A DNA stretch of 64,000 nucleotides, from positions 11,731-75,730 of the forward strand of contig QCJQ01000001.1 of assembly GCA_003215935.1 (NCBI GenBank). Direction: 5' to 3'. Position numbers and translations under genes: made by a program. Positions 33,075 through 44,629 of this stretch are shown piece after piece. This DNA comes from Prochlorococcus sp. AG-409-D09. Lineage in GTDB: Bacteria > Cyanobacteriota > Cyanobacteriia > PCC-6307 > Cyanobiaceae. The notes under the pieces were generated by a model, which made no database searches, was not told the DNA's origin, and saw only the letters and a program-made list of their open reading frames with translations. Within the stretch, counting starts at the first letter, position 1; the number at the start of each line of letters is the position of its first letter.

Positions 33075-34361
33075 TTATATTTTTACGAAAGCGTTAGATT
33101 TATGTTCGATTAATGAATCAAGTAATTCATGAGCAATGAAAAGTTTTGACCTTTGAGGGATCTTTTTAAGAATTCCATTAGGAGCAATTAAAAAACCACT
33201 ATTGAAATCTTTTTCGAAACCTTGTCCTTCTTGATCAATTGGATTTGCTAGTAGAAGATCAACTCCTTTTAAAGATCTTTTTTTTTCTCCCGCTAGCTTT
33301 ATTTCGTTATTAGAGCCTGTTACAGCTGCAAAACCAAGAACAATTTGCTCGCTAAACTTGTTTTTAGTGATTTCACTTAAAAGATCAGGGGTTAGTTCAA
33401 AATCGTTTTGAATTGATTGCATTAATGCTTCCTTAGGGATTTTAATATTTTTAATTTTGTTTTTTCTTTGAATATCTGCTACTGCTGCTGCCATAACAAT
33501 AAAATCTGCTGATATTTGTAAGGAAGAAATTCTTTCTCCCATTTCCGATGCAGTTTTGATTGGGAAATTATTTAATCCTTCTAAAAGTCCAGAGGCAAGT
33601 TTTATTGGTCCATGTATGAAATTAACCTCACCGCCACGTAATTTAGCTGCTTGGGCGATCATTATACCCATTTTTCCACTACTTCTATTAGTAATTTGCC
33701 TTGCTATATCTATCTTTTCAAGAGTGGGACCAGCTGTAATTAAAAAATTGAATCCATCTAAATCATGCTTAAAAAGCTTATTTTTTTCTTTATATATAAA
33801 GCCACTTTCAATAGCTAATTCAATTCTATCTATATCAGCCATACGACCATCTCCTAATCGATCACAAGCTAAGAGGCCGTCTGCAGGAGTAATTGTTATG
33901 ACATTTGGCTCGTTTTTAAGTGTTTCCCAATTGTGTTGAACTCTTCTGTTCATCCACATACCAGTATTCATTGCAGCGGCAGCTAATATTGGGACTTCTG
34001 AAGCAAGAAGAACACTTGTTAGAAGGTTATCGGAAATACCATTAATCCATTTACCTAATGAAGCTGCACTAAGAGGAGCAATAACAATAAGTTCTGCCCA
34101 TTCAGCAAGAAAGATATGTAATGGTTTCGCTTGATTTGATTCCCATTGATCTGAATCTTGAAAACAAGGACTTCTACTTAATGTTGAAAGGGACAATGGA
34201 CTTACCAGTTTTGCGGCGCTAGGAGTGAGCAAACAACGAACTTCTGCACCTAGTTGTACTAATCGACTAACTAGTAAGGGTGTTTTTACTGCCGCTATGC
34301 TGCCGCTTGCTGCTACAAGTATCTTTTTCCCTTTTAGATAATGAGGCTGATCCTTTTTCAT
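33075..34361 (-). CDS. coaBC: Bifunctional phosphopantothenoylcysteine decarboxylase / phosphopantothenate-cysteine ligase
   Basis: 428 aa. N-terminal flavoprotein domain KKILVAASGSIAAVKTPLLVSRL...AAAMNTGMW. C-terminal CoaB domain ITAGPTLEKIDIARQITNRSSGKMG. Confidence 0.92.
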   Translation of the reverse strand: MKKDQPHYLKGKKILVAASGSIAAVKTPLLVSRLVQLGAEVRCLLTPSAAKLVSPLSLSTLSRSPCFQDSDQWESNQAKPLHIFLAEWAELIVIAPLSAASLGKWINGISDNLLTSVLLASEVPILAAAAMNTGMWMNRRVQHNWETLKNEPNVITITPADGLLACDRLGDGRMADIDRIELAIESGFIYKEKNKLFKHDLDGFNFLITAGPTLEKIDIARQITNRSSGKMGIMIAQAAKLRGGEVNFIHGPIKLASGLLEGLNNFPIKTASEMGERISSLQISADFIVMAAAVADIQRKNKIKNIKIPKEALMQSIQNDFELTPDLLSEITKNKFSEQIVLGFAAVTGSNNEIKLAGEKKRSLKGVDLLLANPIDQEGQGFEKDFNSGFLIAPNGILKKIPQRSKLFIAHELLDSLIEHKSNAFVKI

Positions 34362-34500
34362 ATCATTTACTTATGTATCAAGAATTAAAAATAGCTGTTG
34401 AATGTTTGAGTAGTAAATGATTTAAAGATAAGTCATTTACATTTTAAATTACAATTTTATTGTGAAGAAGTGAATAATGTTTAAGAGTAACTTCAAAAAA

Positions 34501-34573
34501 GGGGAATTAGCTCAGCTGGTAGAGCGCTGTGATCGCACCGCAGAAGTCAGGGGTTCGAATCCCCTATTCTCCA
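34501..34573 (+). tRNA. tRNA-Ala (anticodon CGC)
   Basis: I folded a cloverleaf by hand. Acceptor GGGGAAT/ATTCTCC has the G3:U70 Ala identity pair. Anticodon stem is CTGTG/CGCAG with loop AT-CGC-AC. T arm is AGGGG-TTCGAAT-CCCCT. CCA is not encoded. Confidence 0.93.
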
Positions 34574-34855
34574 TTATTTAAATAGACAGAGAGAACTTTT
34601 TAAAAATTATTTATGTAGTAATTCTATAAAATCAATTAAGTCTTTGAGATAATTTTTGATCTAAAATCTAAGTAAAGAGTTTTATTGAAGATGAAAACTT
34701 ATAAGAAATTTTAGAGCCGAGATTAAAATAGAAAATCTAACTTGAAAAGTTTTTGAATGTATAATGTCTTTGCTACATGAAAGTCAAAATTTAAATGACT
34801 ATGAATTATTATTTTACAGCTTGCTTATTTTTACTATTACTCTTATCTTATTTAA

Positions 34856-35197
34856 ATGGTCAAGAAATTACAGGAAACTGGATTTAGAAAAAAATTAGCG
34901 CATGCAGTAATGCGTTTAGATGGTTGGAGTTTTAATCCATGGAGAAGGTATTCTTTGTTTTTAATTATTTTTTTTATTGGATTTTCTTTGGGCAGTTCTT
35001 TAGGTATGATTAATGGTGTTCTGGCTTTAATGGATCCGATTGGTGCTTTGTCTATTGTTTTTATTTTGGAGTTAATAATTAGATTTAGAAGGGTTTTAAT
35101 AAGAGACAAAGCTAGGCGGATTATTTTAAATATTTTAGATATATTGAGAATTGGTTTAATTTATGGCTTATTTACAGAGGCTTTCAAATTATTATGA
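34856..35197 (+). CDS. Ycf20-like (DUF565) small membrane protein
   Basis: 113 aa. ...RLDGWSFNPWRRYSLFLIIFFIGFSLGSSLG...ALMDPIGAL resembles Ycf20-family proteins (recognition from memory). Confidence 0.6.
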   Translation: MVKKLQETGFRKKLAHAVMRLDGWSFNPWRRYSLFLIIFFIGFSLGSSLGMINGVLALMDPIGALSIVFILELIIRFRRVLIRDKARRIILNILDILRIGLIYGLFTEAFKLL

Positions 35198-35234
35198 TTT
35201 AAAATTTATTTTTTCTTTTTATAAAACTTCTATT

Positions 35235-36254
35235 TTAAGTTTGTTTTTTTGAAGATAGTAAATATAGTAAAGCCATCCTGATTGGAATGCTATTTTCTAC
35301 TTGTTCTCTAACTAAAGAGTATGATTTATCATCAAGAATTTCACCGCTCATTTCTATATCACGATTAACAGGACCTGGATGAAGAATAGGAACATTTTTT
35401 TTGCACCATTTTAATCTTTGATGGTTGATTTCATAGTCTTGTTTATATCTTTCTAAACTAGAAATTAAATTATTATTCATTCTTTCTTTTTGAATCCGTA
35501 GCGTCATTATTGCATCTATATCTTCTAAAGCATCTTTTAATGACCTGTTAATTAAAACTTTTCCGCGCTTATTTATGGGGTCAATGGTTTGACCAGGTGG
35601 TGGTTCTTTAACAAAATTCTCGAAATCTTCTGGTAATAAACTAGGTGGTCCGCAAAGTATTACATCAGCGCCACACCCTGTTAGCGCCCATAGATTAGAT
35701 CTTGCGACTCTTGAATGAAGAATATCTCCAATAATTGCTATTTTCTTATTTGATAATGCATTTGGTAAGGGCTTTTCAGGATTGAAATATCTAGCAAGTG
35801 TAAAGAGATCAAGCAACCCTTGACTTGGATGACTATGTAAGCCATCACCAGCATTTAATATTGATGTTTCTTCTCCAGATTTATCAAGGTAACTTGCTAA
35901 CTCACTAGGTAAATTTGTTGATTCATGCCTAACTATAAGAATATCTGCACCCATGGATATATAAGTTAGAGCTGTATCTAAAGGAGTCTCTCCTTTAGAT
36001 AACGAGCTTATATTTGCTGAGAAATTTAATACATCGGCAGAAAGACGTTTAGCGGCAAGTTCGAAACTACTTCTAGTTCGCGTGCTTGGTTCGAAAAATA
36101 GATTTGCAATTAATTTACCTTGAAGGGCAGGAAGCTTCCGCGGGCCTTTTTGGGGTAATGCTTTGAATCGGTTAGCTAATTCAAGAATAGTTTCATAATC
36201 TCTTACTGAAAAAGTAGATAAATCGATTATGTGTTTGTGATTCCAATTACTCAT
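35235..36254 (-). CDS. pyrB: Aspartate carbamoyltransferase catalytic subunit
   Basis: 339 aa. [21 protein letters not shown] and HPGPVNR motifs. Confidence 0.96.
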   Translation of the reverse strand: MSNWNHKHIIDLSTFSVRDYETILELANRFKALPQKGPRKLPALQGKLIANLFFEPSTRTRSSFELAAKRLSADVLNFSANISSLSKGETPLDTALTYISMGADILIVRHESTNLPSELASYLDKSGEETSILNAGDGLHSHPSQGLLDLFTLARYFNPEKPLPNALSNKKIAIIGDILHSRVARSNLWALTGCGADVILCGPPSLLPEDFENFVKEPPPGQTIDPINKRGKVLINRSLKDALEDIDAIMTLRIQKERMNNNLISSLERYKQDYEINHQRLKWCKKNVPILHPGPVNRDIEMSGEILDDKSYSLVREQVENSIPIRMALLYLLSSKKQT

Positions 36255-36901
36255 GGTCCATCAAATAAAGAAGGTTCCCAACTTTCTTTCTTGTTAGGAG
36301 TGCGGTCTCCCTTTTTTCGCTTGCTTACGCTTCGACTTTTTTGTAAATACCATCTCAATGGTAAGTCTTTTGCTTTAGATATTCCTATTCTGGTTGTTCT
36401 GACAATATTTTGCATACTTTTAATTGAGGTATTTTCTGCAATCCATAAACCATTCTTCTTAGATGCTTCCAAATCATTATGTGTGAGATTTAATTCAAAT
36501 CTTTTTGCTAGTAGCCCAGGGCCTGAAGCGATTCTTGAATCTTCTCCTGGTAAAGCTACTGCTCGTAGTAAAACCCCACTAGCCCAATTCGTTTTATGCG
36601 TGACTAAATTTATGCAGTGATAGGTTCCGTAAGTTAAATAAATATAAAAACGACCAGGCGAACCAAAAAGTGTTTCATTTCGCGGCGTTCTATTTTTATG
36701 TCCATGACAAGCTGGTTCATCTTGGAAATAAGCTTCTGTTTCAACAATTACTCCCCAAAGTAGTTTTTTGTTTTCAAAACGCTTTATTAGTAAGCAACCA
36801 ATTAAATCAGGGGCTACTTCATCGGCAGGCCTGCAAAAAAATTGATGATTTACTATCTTGATTGCTATTTTAAAGAATTGATTGATATTTTCTAATAATA
36901 A
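36251..36901 (-). CDS. mpg: DNA-3-methyladenine (methylpurine) glycosylase, MPG/AAG family; start codon unresolved (coordinates give the full open frame)
   Basis: My translation reads [21 protein letters not shown]...[48 protein letters not shown]...[15 protein letters not shown]. These are typical MPG-family motifs. The only ATG/GTG/TTG in frame is the TTG at 36472, which would remove the catalytic N-terminal two-thirds. The stop overlaps the pyrB start (ATGA). Confidence 0.7.
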   Translation of the reverse strand, partial: LLLENINQFFKIAIKIVNHQFFCRPADEVAPDLIGCLLIKRFENKKLLWGVIVETEAYFQDEPACHGHKNRTPRNETLFGSPGRFYIYLTYGTYHCINLVTHKTNWASGVLLRAVALPGEDSRIASGPGLLAKRFELNLTHNDLEASKKNGLWIAENTSIKSMQNIVRTTRIGISKAKDLPLRWYLQKSRSVSKRKKGDRTPNKKESWEPSLFDGP

Positions 36902-37010
36902 TTATTTTTAGATGAAAACGGTAAATAGAGATCTAATATTAATTGACTTTTTCTAATCAAAAACAATTTCAAAAATATCAGATTCAGTTAAAGAAATTTC
37001 TTCTATACGC

Positions 37011-37748
37011 TTGGACCTCCGAAGTTGGGTGGAAGTTGAAGATTATTTGAAAACTTGTAAAGGCATTATTTTACCTATTGGTTCCACCGAGCAGCATGGT
37101 CCTACTGGCGCGATTGGTACAGATGCATTAACTGCTGAGGCTGTTGCAAGAGCAGTTGGATGTATTACTGGAGTTTTAGTCGCACCCACTCAAGTTTTTG
37201 GAATGGCTGAACATCATCTTGGTTTCCCTGGAACTATTAGTCTTACTCCAGAAACTTTATTGAACGTTGTACATGATGTGGTTTTATCTTTAGCTAAAAA
37301 TGGTTTTGAAAAAATTTATGTAATAAATGGACATGGAGGAAATATTGCGACAGTAAAGTCTGCATTCCATAAAATTTATTCAACTGCTTTAAATCGTCAT
37401 CTTCCTGTTGCTTCTAGACTTAGATGCAAACTTATAAGTTGGTTTCATGTTTTAGAGGTCTTTGAAGAGTCTAAAAAACTTTATGGAGACAAAGAAGGAC
37501 AACATGCTACACCTAGTGAAATATCTCTAACTTTGCATTTAGAGCCTAGTTTGCTGCAAAAACAACATTCTTTGCCTGACCCAGCACCTGCGGGTCCAAT
37601 AACTAATGCCGAAGATTTTCGTATGAGATATCCTGATGGGAGAATGGGTTCCCATTCAGACCTTGCAAAATCAGAACATGGAAAGATACTGTTAGATAAG
37701 GCAGCTAATGCTTTAGCTGAAGATCTCTCTAAATTCCTTTTAGAATAA
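37011..37748 (+). CDS. Creatininase-family amidohydrolase (TTG start)
   Basis: 245 aa. [19 protein letters not shown] and NGHGGN motifs. Confidence 0.8.
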   Translation: MDLRSWVEVEDYLKTCKGIILPIGSTEQHGPTGAIGTDALTAEAVARAVGCITGVLVAPTQVFGMAEHHLGFPGTISLTPETLLNVVHDVVLSLAKNGFEKIYVINGHGGNIATVKSAFHKIYSTALNRHLPVASRLRCKLISWFHVLEVFEESKKLYGDKEGQHATPSEISLTLHLEPSLLQKQHSLPDPAPAGPITNAEDFRMRYPDGRMGSHSDLAKSEHGKILLDKAANALAEDLSKFLLE

Positions 37749-38041
37749 TGGCTCAAATAACAATAGAGGATGTTCGCAAGGTTGCAAAATTAGCCAGATT
37801 AGAACTTCCTGATGCACAATTAGAATCTTATACAGATCAGCTTGAAAAAATCTTAGGATACGTTGAACAGTTGCAGACTATTGATACAGAAAATATTCCT
37901 CCCACTTCTAGGGCTGTTGAAGTAGTTAATGTTTTACGTGAAGATTTAGTAGAGAATACTTCTATTAGAGAAGATTTGCTTAATTTAGCTCCTCAAAGAG
38001 AAGATAACTTTTTTAGAGTTCCAAAAATATTATCAGATTAG
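37748..38041 (+). CDS. gatC: Asp/Glu-tRNA(Asn/Gln) amidotransferase subunit C
   Basis: 97 aa. [34 protein letters not shown]. The start overlaps the upstream stop (TAATG). Confidence 0.93.
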   Translation: MAQITIEDVRKVAKLARLELPDAQLESYTDQLEKILGYVEQLQTIDTENIPPTSRAVEVVNVLREDLVENTSIREDLLNLAPQREDNFFRVPKILSD

Positions 38042-39081
38042 TTATTTATGCTTTTTGAATGAGGGTTTATTGCTGTTTTATGAATTAATTTAATATAGTT
38101 TTTTCGCCATATATTTTTTGGTATTATTCTTGCTAAGAAACGCATTTTACTTCTATTTTTTTTATGACTTCTTATTCCAAGGAAAACATCATAAAGAAAA
38201 TTCAATCCATCTTTTTTTGACTCAAAAATTCCCATTCTTTGAGGAGAACCTTTTTGATCTAATAAGGGCTTTGTAGCTTCATAGGCGGGTTTATATTCAA
38301 ACCAAGGAATTGATGGCCACAAATGATGCACTAAATGATAGTTTTGCCCCATTATTAATAAGTTCATTACTCTGCTTGGATACACTCTTGCATTTTTCCA
38401 TCTGTTTCTTGATAGGAAAGGTCTATGTGGCAAATAGTCAAAAAATATTCCCAATGTGACTCCGACCATTAAAGCTGGACCAAACCATAAATTATAAATA
38501 ACATTCATAAAACCAAATTTAATTCCAGCTAAGACAATAGTAATAAATAAGCCTCGCTCAATTCCCCATTGCATAAGCTCATACTTTCTCCATAGCTTTC
38601 TTTCAAAAAAGAAATATTCATGATAAAAAAATCTAGGAGCTATCAACCAAACGGGACCAAAAGTACTAACGATATGATCCGGATCATTCTTGGGATCGTT
38701 TACATATTTATGATGTTCAAGATGTACTCTAGTGAAAACTGGAAAACTGAAGCCTAGTAATATTGCCGCCCCATGCCCCATTAATTGATTTATCCATTTG
38801 TTTGGATGCGCTGAGTTGTGGCAAGCGTCATGAATAACTGTCCCTTCCATATGAAGAGCCAGGAAAGATAATGCAACCAAAATAGGTAATGGCCAATTAC
38901 CTTGGTACCATTGCCAGATACTCAAGGCCGCTAAAAAATAGCCTCCAAAAAACAAACCTATAGTGACATTTACTGCTCCAGGTGGATCTAGGTATTCCTG
39001 GATATCTTTTTGCCAATCATTTGATGACTTAAGTTTTTTCGAGGTTGTTTGATTTTGAGACCTCAATAAGCTTTGGGTCAT
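38038..39081 (-). CDS. crtR: Beta-carotene hydroxylase, membrane di-iron (fatty-acid desaturase-fold) type
   Basis: 347 aa. Histidine boxes HDACH, HLEHH and HLVHH in a polytopic protein. This is the conserved cyanobacterial CrtR pattern. Confidence 0.82.
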   Translation of the reverse strand: MTQSLLRSQNQTTSKKLKSSNDWQKDIQEYLDPPGAVNVTIGLFFGGYFLAALSIWQWYQGNWPLPILVALSFLALHMEGTVIHDACHNSAHPNKWINQLMGHGAAILLGFSFPVFTRVHLEHHKYVNDPKNDPDHIVSTFGPVWLIAPRFFYHEYFFFERKLWRKYELMQWGIERGLFITIVLAGIKFGFMNVIYNLWFGPALMVGVTLGIFFDYLPHRPFLSRNRWKNARVYPSRVMNLLIMGQNYHLVHHLWPSIPWFEYKPAYEATKPLLDQKGSPQRMGIFESKKDGLNFLYDVFLGIRSHKKNRSKMRFLARIIPKNIWRKNYIKLIHKTAINPHSKSINN

Positions 39082-39125
39082 GTCATGCTGTGATTAGAGC
39101 TTGCTTTCATGCATATTTAAAAATA

Positions 39126-39207
39126 TGCCCACCGGGAGACTTGAACTCCCACGACCGAAGTCACTGGTACCTAAAACCAGCGCGTCTACCAATTCCGCCA
39201 GGTGGGC
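39126..39207 (-). tRNA. tRNA-Leu (anticodon UAG), class II with a long variable arm
   Basis: The reverse complement is GCCCACCTGGCGGAATTGGTAGACGCGCTGGTTTTAGGTACCAGTGACTTCGGTCGTGGGAGTTCAAGTCTCCCGGTGGGCA. Anticodon stem CTGGT/ACCAG with loop TT-TAG-GT. Confidence 0.93.
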
Positions 39208-39472
39208 CAATGGATCTAAGAGATCACAGTCTCTCTTCAATTATTACTATAACGGCTGATAGGTGCTTTTCGATAAGCCTTTACTCGCTTTTTTTTCTTA
39301 TTGGAAGATTTAAGTTCTCAATTTTGCCGAAAAAATCCAGAAGTGAAAAAAATTGAACAGTGATAAATATGAAACTTTTTCTATTATTGTTATAATAGTT
39401 TCAAAATACGATAGTTTATTGGTTTAGTTATTATTTATGGAAATGCAAATCTCATTTTAAATTTATATAAAT

Positions 39473-40021
39473 ATGATTGCTATTTTTATAGGCTATCTTG
39501 CTTTAATAGTAGGGTTTTTTCTATTAATTTTGCCTTTATTGATAACTGAGCTAAGTAGAAATAGAGATTGGATTACTGGTACTTTATTTATGATATTTGC
39601 TGTAGTGATTATCAATGATTATGATAGGCTTGATGGCTCTTTAATTATAGCACTGGTCTCTTTAACTTTGATTATTGGGAAAATGATGATTGAAATTTCT
39701 ATTGTTAGATGGCAATTCTTAACTGATAAAGAAAAGCAAGAACTTATTTCTTTTCATCGATTGAGTAAAAGTTTAAAGGAATTGAGTAAGGTGTTTTTAG
39801 CATTGTTAAGCTTTGTTCGAGGGCTTTTTACTCTTTTAATACCTAAGAAAAAAGAGGCACTTATTCAAAAAAAATGGGTTAGAAAGGATGAAATTCCATC
39901 TGAGAAGGGTGCTTTGTCAGTTAATCTTGAGGAACAGGATTCTTCAAAAGTCAAGATTGAATCTTCGTTAAAAGAAAAAACTCCTTTTGTTGAGAGAATT
40001 AAAAGCTCTCAGGATCCATAA
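39473..40021 (+). CDS. Ycf66-like membrane protein with a charged C-terminal tail
   Basis: 182 aa. The N-terminal TM pair has an ...[11 protein letters not shown]...RLDG pattern resembling Ycf66 (recognition from memory). Confidence 0.5.
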   Translation: MIAIFIGYLALIVGFFLLILPLLITELSRNRDWITGTLFMIFAVVIINDYDRLDGSLIIALVSLTLIIGKMMIEISIVRWQFLTDKEKQELISFHRLSKSLKELSKVFLALLSFVRGLFTLLIPKKKEALIQKKWVRKDEIPSEKGALSVNLEEQDSSKVKIESSLKEKTPFVERIKSSQDP

Positions 40022-40067
40022 TGATTTAGGAATTGAATTTAAAGTGAAAAAGGACCAGAAAAAGAAC

Positions 40068-42947
40068 ATGGAAGAAGGATTCTCCTATAAAGAGACTCTC
40101 AATCTTTTGCAGACTGATTTTGGCATGAGAGCCAATTCTACAGTTAGAGAGCCAGAGATACAGGCATTTTGGAAGAAAAATGCTATTGATTTTGAACTTG
40201 GATTCAATAATCAAGGTGAAATTTTCACGTTGCACGACGGCCCTCCGTATGCAAATGGGCCACTACATATGGGCCATGCGTTAAATAAGATTTTGAAGGA
40301 TATTATTAATAAGTTTGAGATTATGCGTGGACGCAAGGTCCATTTTATTCCTGGATGGGATTGTCATGGATTACCAATTGAATTAAAAGTACTTCAATCT
40401 ATTGATAAAAAAACAAGAGAATCTTTAACAGCATTAGAGTTAAGAAAAAAGGCAGCGTCTTTTGCACTTAAGCAGGTTGAGAATCAAAAGATTGGTTTTA
40501 AACGTTGGGGTGTATGGGCAGATTGGGATAAGCCTTATTTGACTTTAAATAAAGAATATGAGGCAGCTCAGATTAAGGTGTTTGGAGAAATGGTTTTAAA
40601 GGGATATATATATCGTGGTATGAAACCTGTGCATTGGAGTCCTAGCTCTAGAACAGCTTTAGCTGAAGCAGAATTAGAATACCCTGATGGCCACAAAAGT
40701 CAGAGTATTTATTGTTCTTTTGATGTAATAGAAATACCTGATAATTTTAATGAAATTCTTAAAAAGCAGGTACTAAATATTTCTCAAAAAGAAATTATTA
40801 AGGCTCTTAAGATTGTTATATGGACAACAACACCTTGGACGCTCCCCGCGAATTTAGCAGTCTCAGTAAATGCAAAGATTGATTATGTTCTTGCTAAAGG
40901 ATTAGATTCAATATTTATTCTCGCAAGTGATCTTATTGAAAGTTTGAGTGAAATTCTTGGAATTCACCTTGATGTCTTAGCTGAATTTAAAGGCTCTTCT
41001 TTAGAAGGTATTTTGTATAAGAATCCTTTGCTTGATAGAGTGAGTCCAGTAGTTCTTGGTGGTGATTATATAACAACAGAAACTGGTACTGGATTAGTTC
41101 ATACAGCTCCTGGGCATGGAATAGATGACTTTAATACCGGGATTAAATATAATTTACCTGTTCTTTGCCCTGTTAATGAAAAAGGGATTTTGACTCAAGA
41201 AGCAGGAGTTTTTTCGGGTTTAAATGTACTTAAAGATGCAAATTCCTCTATTATTAACTATCTTTCTAGTAAGGGATTTCTTTTAAAAGAAGTAGCTTAT
41301 GAGCATAGATACCCTTATGATTGGCGCACTAAAAAACCGACAATTTTTCGCGCTACAGAACAGTGGTTTGCTTCAGTTGAGGGATTTAGAGATTATGCCT
41401 TATCCTCTATAGAGTGTGTTCAATGGCTTCCAAAATCTGGTCGTAATAGGATTAATTCCATGGTTAAAGAGCGTGGTGACTGGTGTATCTCAAGACAAAG
41501 AACTTGGGGTATTCCAATACCAGTTTTTTATGAAAAAAATGGTAAAGATATACTTTTAAATAAAGAAACTATTTCTCATATTCATTCACTATTCCTTAAG
41601 CATGGTGCTGATATTTGGTGGCAATTAAGTGAAAAAGAACTTTTACCACCTTCCTATTCTGATGATGCGGGGAAATGGATTAAAGGTAAAGACACAATGG
41701 ATGTTTGGTTCGATTCAGGGTCAAGTTGGGCCTCAGTAACTAAATCTAATCAAAATTTAAATTACCCTGCTGATTTATATTTAGAAGGATCAGATCAACA
41801 TCGAGGATGGTTTCAATCTTCTCTTCTTACATCTGTAGCTGTTAATGAAAAAGCACCTTATAAAAAGGTTCTTACTCATGGTTTTGCTTTGGATGAAAAT
41901 GGCCGTAAAATGAGTAAATCATTAGGCAATATTATTGACCCTTCTGTTATTATTAATGGTGGATCGAACAAGAAGAATGATCCTGCATATGGTGCGGATG
42001 TTCTTCGACTCTGGGTTAGTTCAGTTGATTATTCAGTTGATGTTCCAATTGGATCAAATATTTTAAGACATACTTCAGATGTTTATAGAAAAATAAGAAA
42101 TACGGCAAGGTATCTACTTGGAAACTTATATGATTACAATCCTCAAAATGATCATATAAATTTTGATCAATTACCAATTATTGATAGATGGATGCTTAAT
42201 CGAACTAGCGAAGTGATGGAAGATATTTTCTTGTCTTATAAGAATTATGATTTTTCTAAGTTTTTCCAAATCATTCAGTCTTTTTGTGTCGTCGACTTAT
42301 CTAATTTTTATTTAGATATAGCAAAAGATCGATTATACGTTAGTTCTAAATCATCATTTAGAAGACGTTCTTGTCAACAAGTTCTTTCTTCTATTATAGA
42401 GAGTTTGTCAGGAGCTATTGCTCCTGTACTGTCCCATATGGCAGAAGATATCTGGCAAAATATTCCTTACTCTCTTAATGAAGAGTCTGTTTTCCAAAGA
42501 GGTTGGCCACATTTACCTGAATCATGGAGAGATAAATCTTTGTCTGAGCCAATTCAACATATTAGAAATTTTAGAAGTGTAATTAATAGACTATTAGAAG
42601 AATGTAGAAATAAAAATAGAATAGGAGCATCTCTCGAGGCTTCTATTCGTTTAGAGATAACTGATAAGAAATTGTGTTCTGCGATTGAGTGGTTGAATAT
42701 TAATGGCAATTCTGATGTGGATAATCTTAGAGACTGGCTTCTGGTTTCAGATTTACAAATAGGTGGTGAGCCTTGGGCAGAGATTATTATTTCAAATGAA
42801 AATGATTTAGGTATATTTGAAATAGCTAAAGCCAGAGGTGAAAAATGTGAAAGATGTTGGCATTATGAAAGTGATACTGGGAAAAATAGTATAAATAAAA
42901 AGGTATGTGGAAGATGTCTTTCTATTTTAGAAGAGCTGAACAATTGA
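40068..42947 (+). CDS. ileS: Isoleucyl-tRNA synthetase
   Basis: [16 protein letters not shown] (HIGH), KMSKSLGN (KMSKS), C-terminal zinc finger CERCWHY...CGRC. The ORF is open from 39987. The ATG at 40068 ([23 protein letters not shown]) fits the conserved N-terminus. Confidence 0.96.
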   Translation: MEEGFSYKETLNLLQTDFGMRANSTVREPEIQAFWKKNAIDFELGFNNQGEIFTLHDGPPYANGPLHMGHALNKILKDIINKFEIMRGRKVHFIPGWDCHGLPIELKVLQSIDKKTRESLTALELRKKAASFALKQVENQKIGFKRWGVWADWDKPYLTLNKEYEAAQIKVFGEMVLKGYIYRGMKPVHWSPSSRTALAEAELEYPDGHKSQSIYCSFDVIEIPDNFNEILKKQVLNISQKEIIKALKIVIWTTTPWTLPANLAVSVNAKIDYVLAKGLDSIFILASDLIESLSEILGIHLDVLAEFKGSSLEGILYKNPLLDRVSPVVLGGDYITTETGTGLVHTAPGHGIDDFNTGIKYNLPVLCPVNEKGILTQEAGVFSGLNVLKDANSSIINYLSSKGFLLKEVAYEHRYPYDWRTKKPTIFRATEQWFASVEGFRDYALSSIECVQWLPKSGRNRINSMVKERGDWCISRQRTWGIPIPVFYEKNGKDILLNKETISHIHSLFLKHGADIWWQLSEKELLPPSYSDDAGKWIKGKDTMDVWFDSGSSWASVTKSNQNLNYPADLYLEGSDQHRGWFQSSLLTSVAVNEKAPYKKVLTHGFALDENGRKMSKSLGNIIDPSVIINGGSNKKNDPAYGADVLRLWVSSVDYSVDVPIGSNILRHTSDVYRKIRNTARYLLGNLYDYNPQNDHINFDQLPIIDRWMLNRTSEVMEDIFLSYKNYDFSKFFQIIQSFCVVDLSNFYLDIAKDRLYVSSKSSFRRRSCQQVLSSIIESLSGAIAPVLSHMAEDIWQNIPYSLNEESVFQRGWPHLPESWRDKSLSEPIQHIRNFRSVINRLLEECRNKNRIGASLEASIRLEITDKKLCSAIEWLNINGNSDVDNLRDWLLVSDLQIGGEPWAEIIISNENDLGIFEIAKARGEKCERCWHYESDTGKNSINKKVCGRCLSILEELNN

Positions 42948-42985
42948 TTAATTAGTTGCTGAAAGATTAATTTAAAAACTTGACT

Positions 42986-43597
42986 TTATATTTCACTTGA
43001 AACTCTTCCATTCTTAGGTAAGTAAATTAAAAGCCATTGAATTATTCCTATAATAAATCCAATTAATCCTAGCAAACCAACAAATCCTGCAATAGATTGA
43101 CTCCAGCTTGCTCCAAACAAAAACTTAAAAATTACCTTTGCTATTTCATGAAGATTGTTAGGGGCTTCATACCAACTTGAGCAAATTTTCTTAGATGATA
43201 AATTTATACAATTTATAGTTTGAAAACTTATTGAAATATATAGTAATCCCCAAAACGTTAGACACCAACGCCAAATTTTTGTAGTTAATGGTAAGGCTTT
43301 TTGAGGAGGATAATCTGCAAGATCCTCATTTAAATCAATCCAAAACCATACTGAACCAACCATAAAAATAGGAGATAAGAAAGAACTAATAAAAGCTATT
43401 TCTTTTTCTCCTGTAAATAGCAACATGCTTATTGCCATGAGGCTGGAATTCTTCCAGTAAATTGAAAGTAATCTGATAATTGATTCTTCTTTTTTTAAGA
43501 AAGACCAAATGTATAGAACTAAAGGTACACCTAGTGCAAATGTTGCAGTCAGGCGATATATAAGCCAGACAAAAGCTTGATAATCAATTTCAATCAC
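42986..43597 (-). CDS. Hypothetical multi-pass membrane protein
   Basis: 203-aa ORF with about 5 hydrophobic segments. No catalytic motif recognised. Confidence 0.55.
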   Translation of the reverse strand: MIEIDYQAFVWLIYRLTATFALGVPLVLYIWSFLKKEESIIRLLSIYWKNSSLMAISMLLFTGEKEIAFISSFLSPIFMVGSVWFWIDLNEDLADYPPQKALPLTTKIWRWCLTFWGLLYISISFQTINCINLSSKKICSSWYEAPNNLHEIAKVIFKFLFGASWSQSIAGFVGLLGLIGFIIGIIQWLLIYLPKNGRVSSEI

Positions 43598-43898
43598 GGA
43601 AGATCTTTATATTAGATCATTTTAAATTCTGGACGGAATTCATTAACTCTGATAGTCGGCCAATTAAAAAAGTTTGTTATGGTTATAATATTTTTCTTCA
43701 ATTTGTTTGCGAAAAGCCTTGTTGCGATTGATATGAGAGAAGAAAATCGAGAAAAATCTGCTTTTCATTTTCATTTTCCTTATGCGTATTCACTGATATA
43801 TCAATTAGCTTAATTTAATTTTTATAAGGATATTCTTCGTAAGTTTGTATTCGCATGAGATAAGCTTTTTAATATGAATTTTTGAATTAGAAGTAATA

Positions 43899-44567
43899 GT
43901 GCGACAGCATGTCAATCCTCTTAGTAGCTTTTTTCAGCTTCCTAAAGATCTTCCTAAAACTAAAATTTGTTTTGAGAATGATTCCTTGCCTCTTCATTTG
44001 GATATTGGATCTGCAAGAGGGAAATTTTTAATTAAGTTAGCAACTATAGAAAAAAGATATAATTTTATAGGCGTTGAAATCCGTGAACCTTTGGTGATTT
44101 CTGCTGAAAGAGAAAGGGAGAGCCTGCAACTAAATAATTTGAAGTTTTTCTTTTGTAATGCCAATATAAGTCTTGAAAAATGGTTGTCAAATCTTCGTGT
44201 AGGGCAACTACAGAGAGTTTCAATACAATTCCCAGACCCATGGTTTAAAAGAAGACATTATAAAAGAAGAGTTTTGCAACCTGCTTTATTGATTTCATTG
44301 GCAAAAGCTTTGCAGAAAGATACTGAGCTTTTCATTCAGAGTGATATTTTAGAAGTATCTGAATATATGAAGAATCTTATTGACTTAAGTGGATGTTTTG
44401 AAAGAAAAAATAAATCTTCTAACTTATGGGATATAGAAAATCCATACTCAGTATTTAGTGACAGAGAGTTGTATGTAATGCAAAGTAAATCACCTATTTT
44501 TAGGGAAGTATTTATTCGGAACACTTTTCCTGTTCCTGAAATCTCTAAGCTAATGAAAGAAGATTAG
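43899..44567 (+). CDS. trmB: tRNA (guanine-N7)-methyltransferase (GTG start)
   Basis: 222 aa. MRQHVNPLS..., LDIGSARGKF, GVEIREP and FPDPWFKRRHYKRR motifs. Confidence 0.9.
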   Translation: MRQHVNPLSSFFQLPKDLPKTKICFENDSLPLHLDIGSARGKFLIKLATIEKRYNFIGVEIREPLVISAERERESLQLNNLKFFFCNANISLEKWLSNLRVGQLQRVSIQFPDPWFKRRHYKRRVLQPALLISLAKALQKDTELFIQSDILEVSEYMKNLIDLSGCFERKNKSSNLWDIENPYSVFSDRELYVMQSKSPIFREVFIRNTFPVPEISKLMKED

Positions 44568-44629
44568 AATTTCCACTTAAAATTTAAATAGAAATTGGAT
44601 ATAATATATATCATTGCATTTGATATTTT

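Noticed and set aside
34362-34855. Possible integration hotspot or genomic island next to tRNA-Ala (likewise at tRNA-Leu 39126 and tRNA-Arg 58456)
   Set aside because: I found no integrase, no direct repeat of the tRNA 3' end, and no block of foreign-looking genes. The flanking genes are core housekeeping genes.
34795-34890. 31-codon ORF with a signal-peptide-like sequence (MTMNYYFTACLFLLLLLSYLNGQEITGNWI) overlapping the ycf20-like start in another frame
   Set aside because: It is very short and AT-driven, and it overlaps a better-supported gene. There is no independent evidence for it.
36231-36861. Plus-strand ORFs 36231-36620 and 36670-36861
   Set aside because: They are antisense to the recognisable MPG glycosylase reading frame. 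They exist only because that frame is open.
39045-39356. 103-aa plus-strand ORF
   Set aside because: It spans the tRNA-Leu gene (39126-39207) and the crtR start, so it is not credible as coding.
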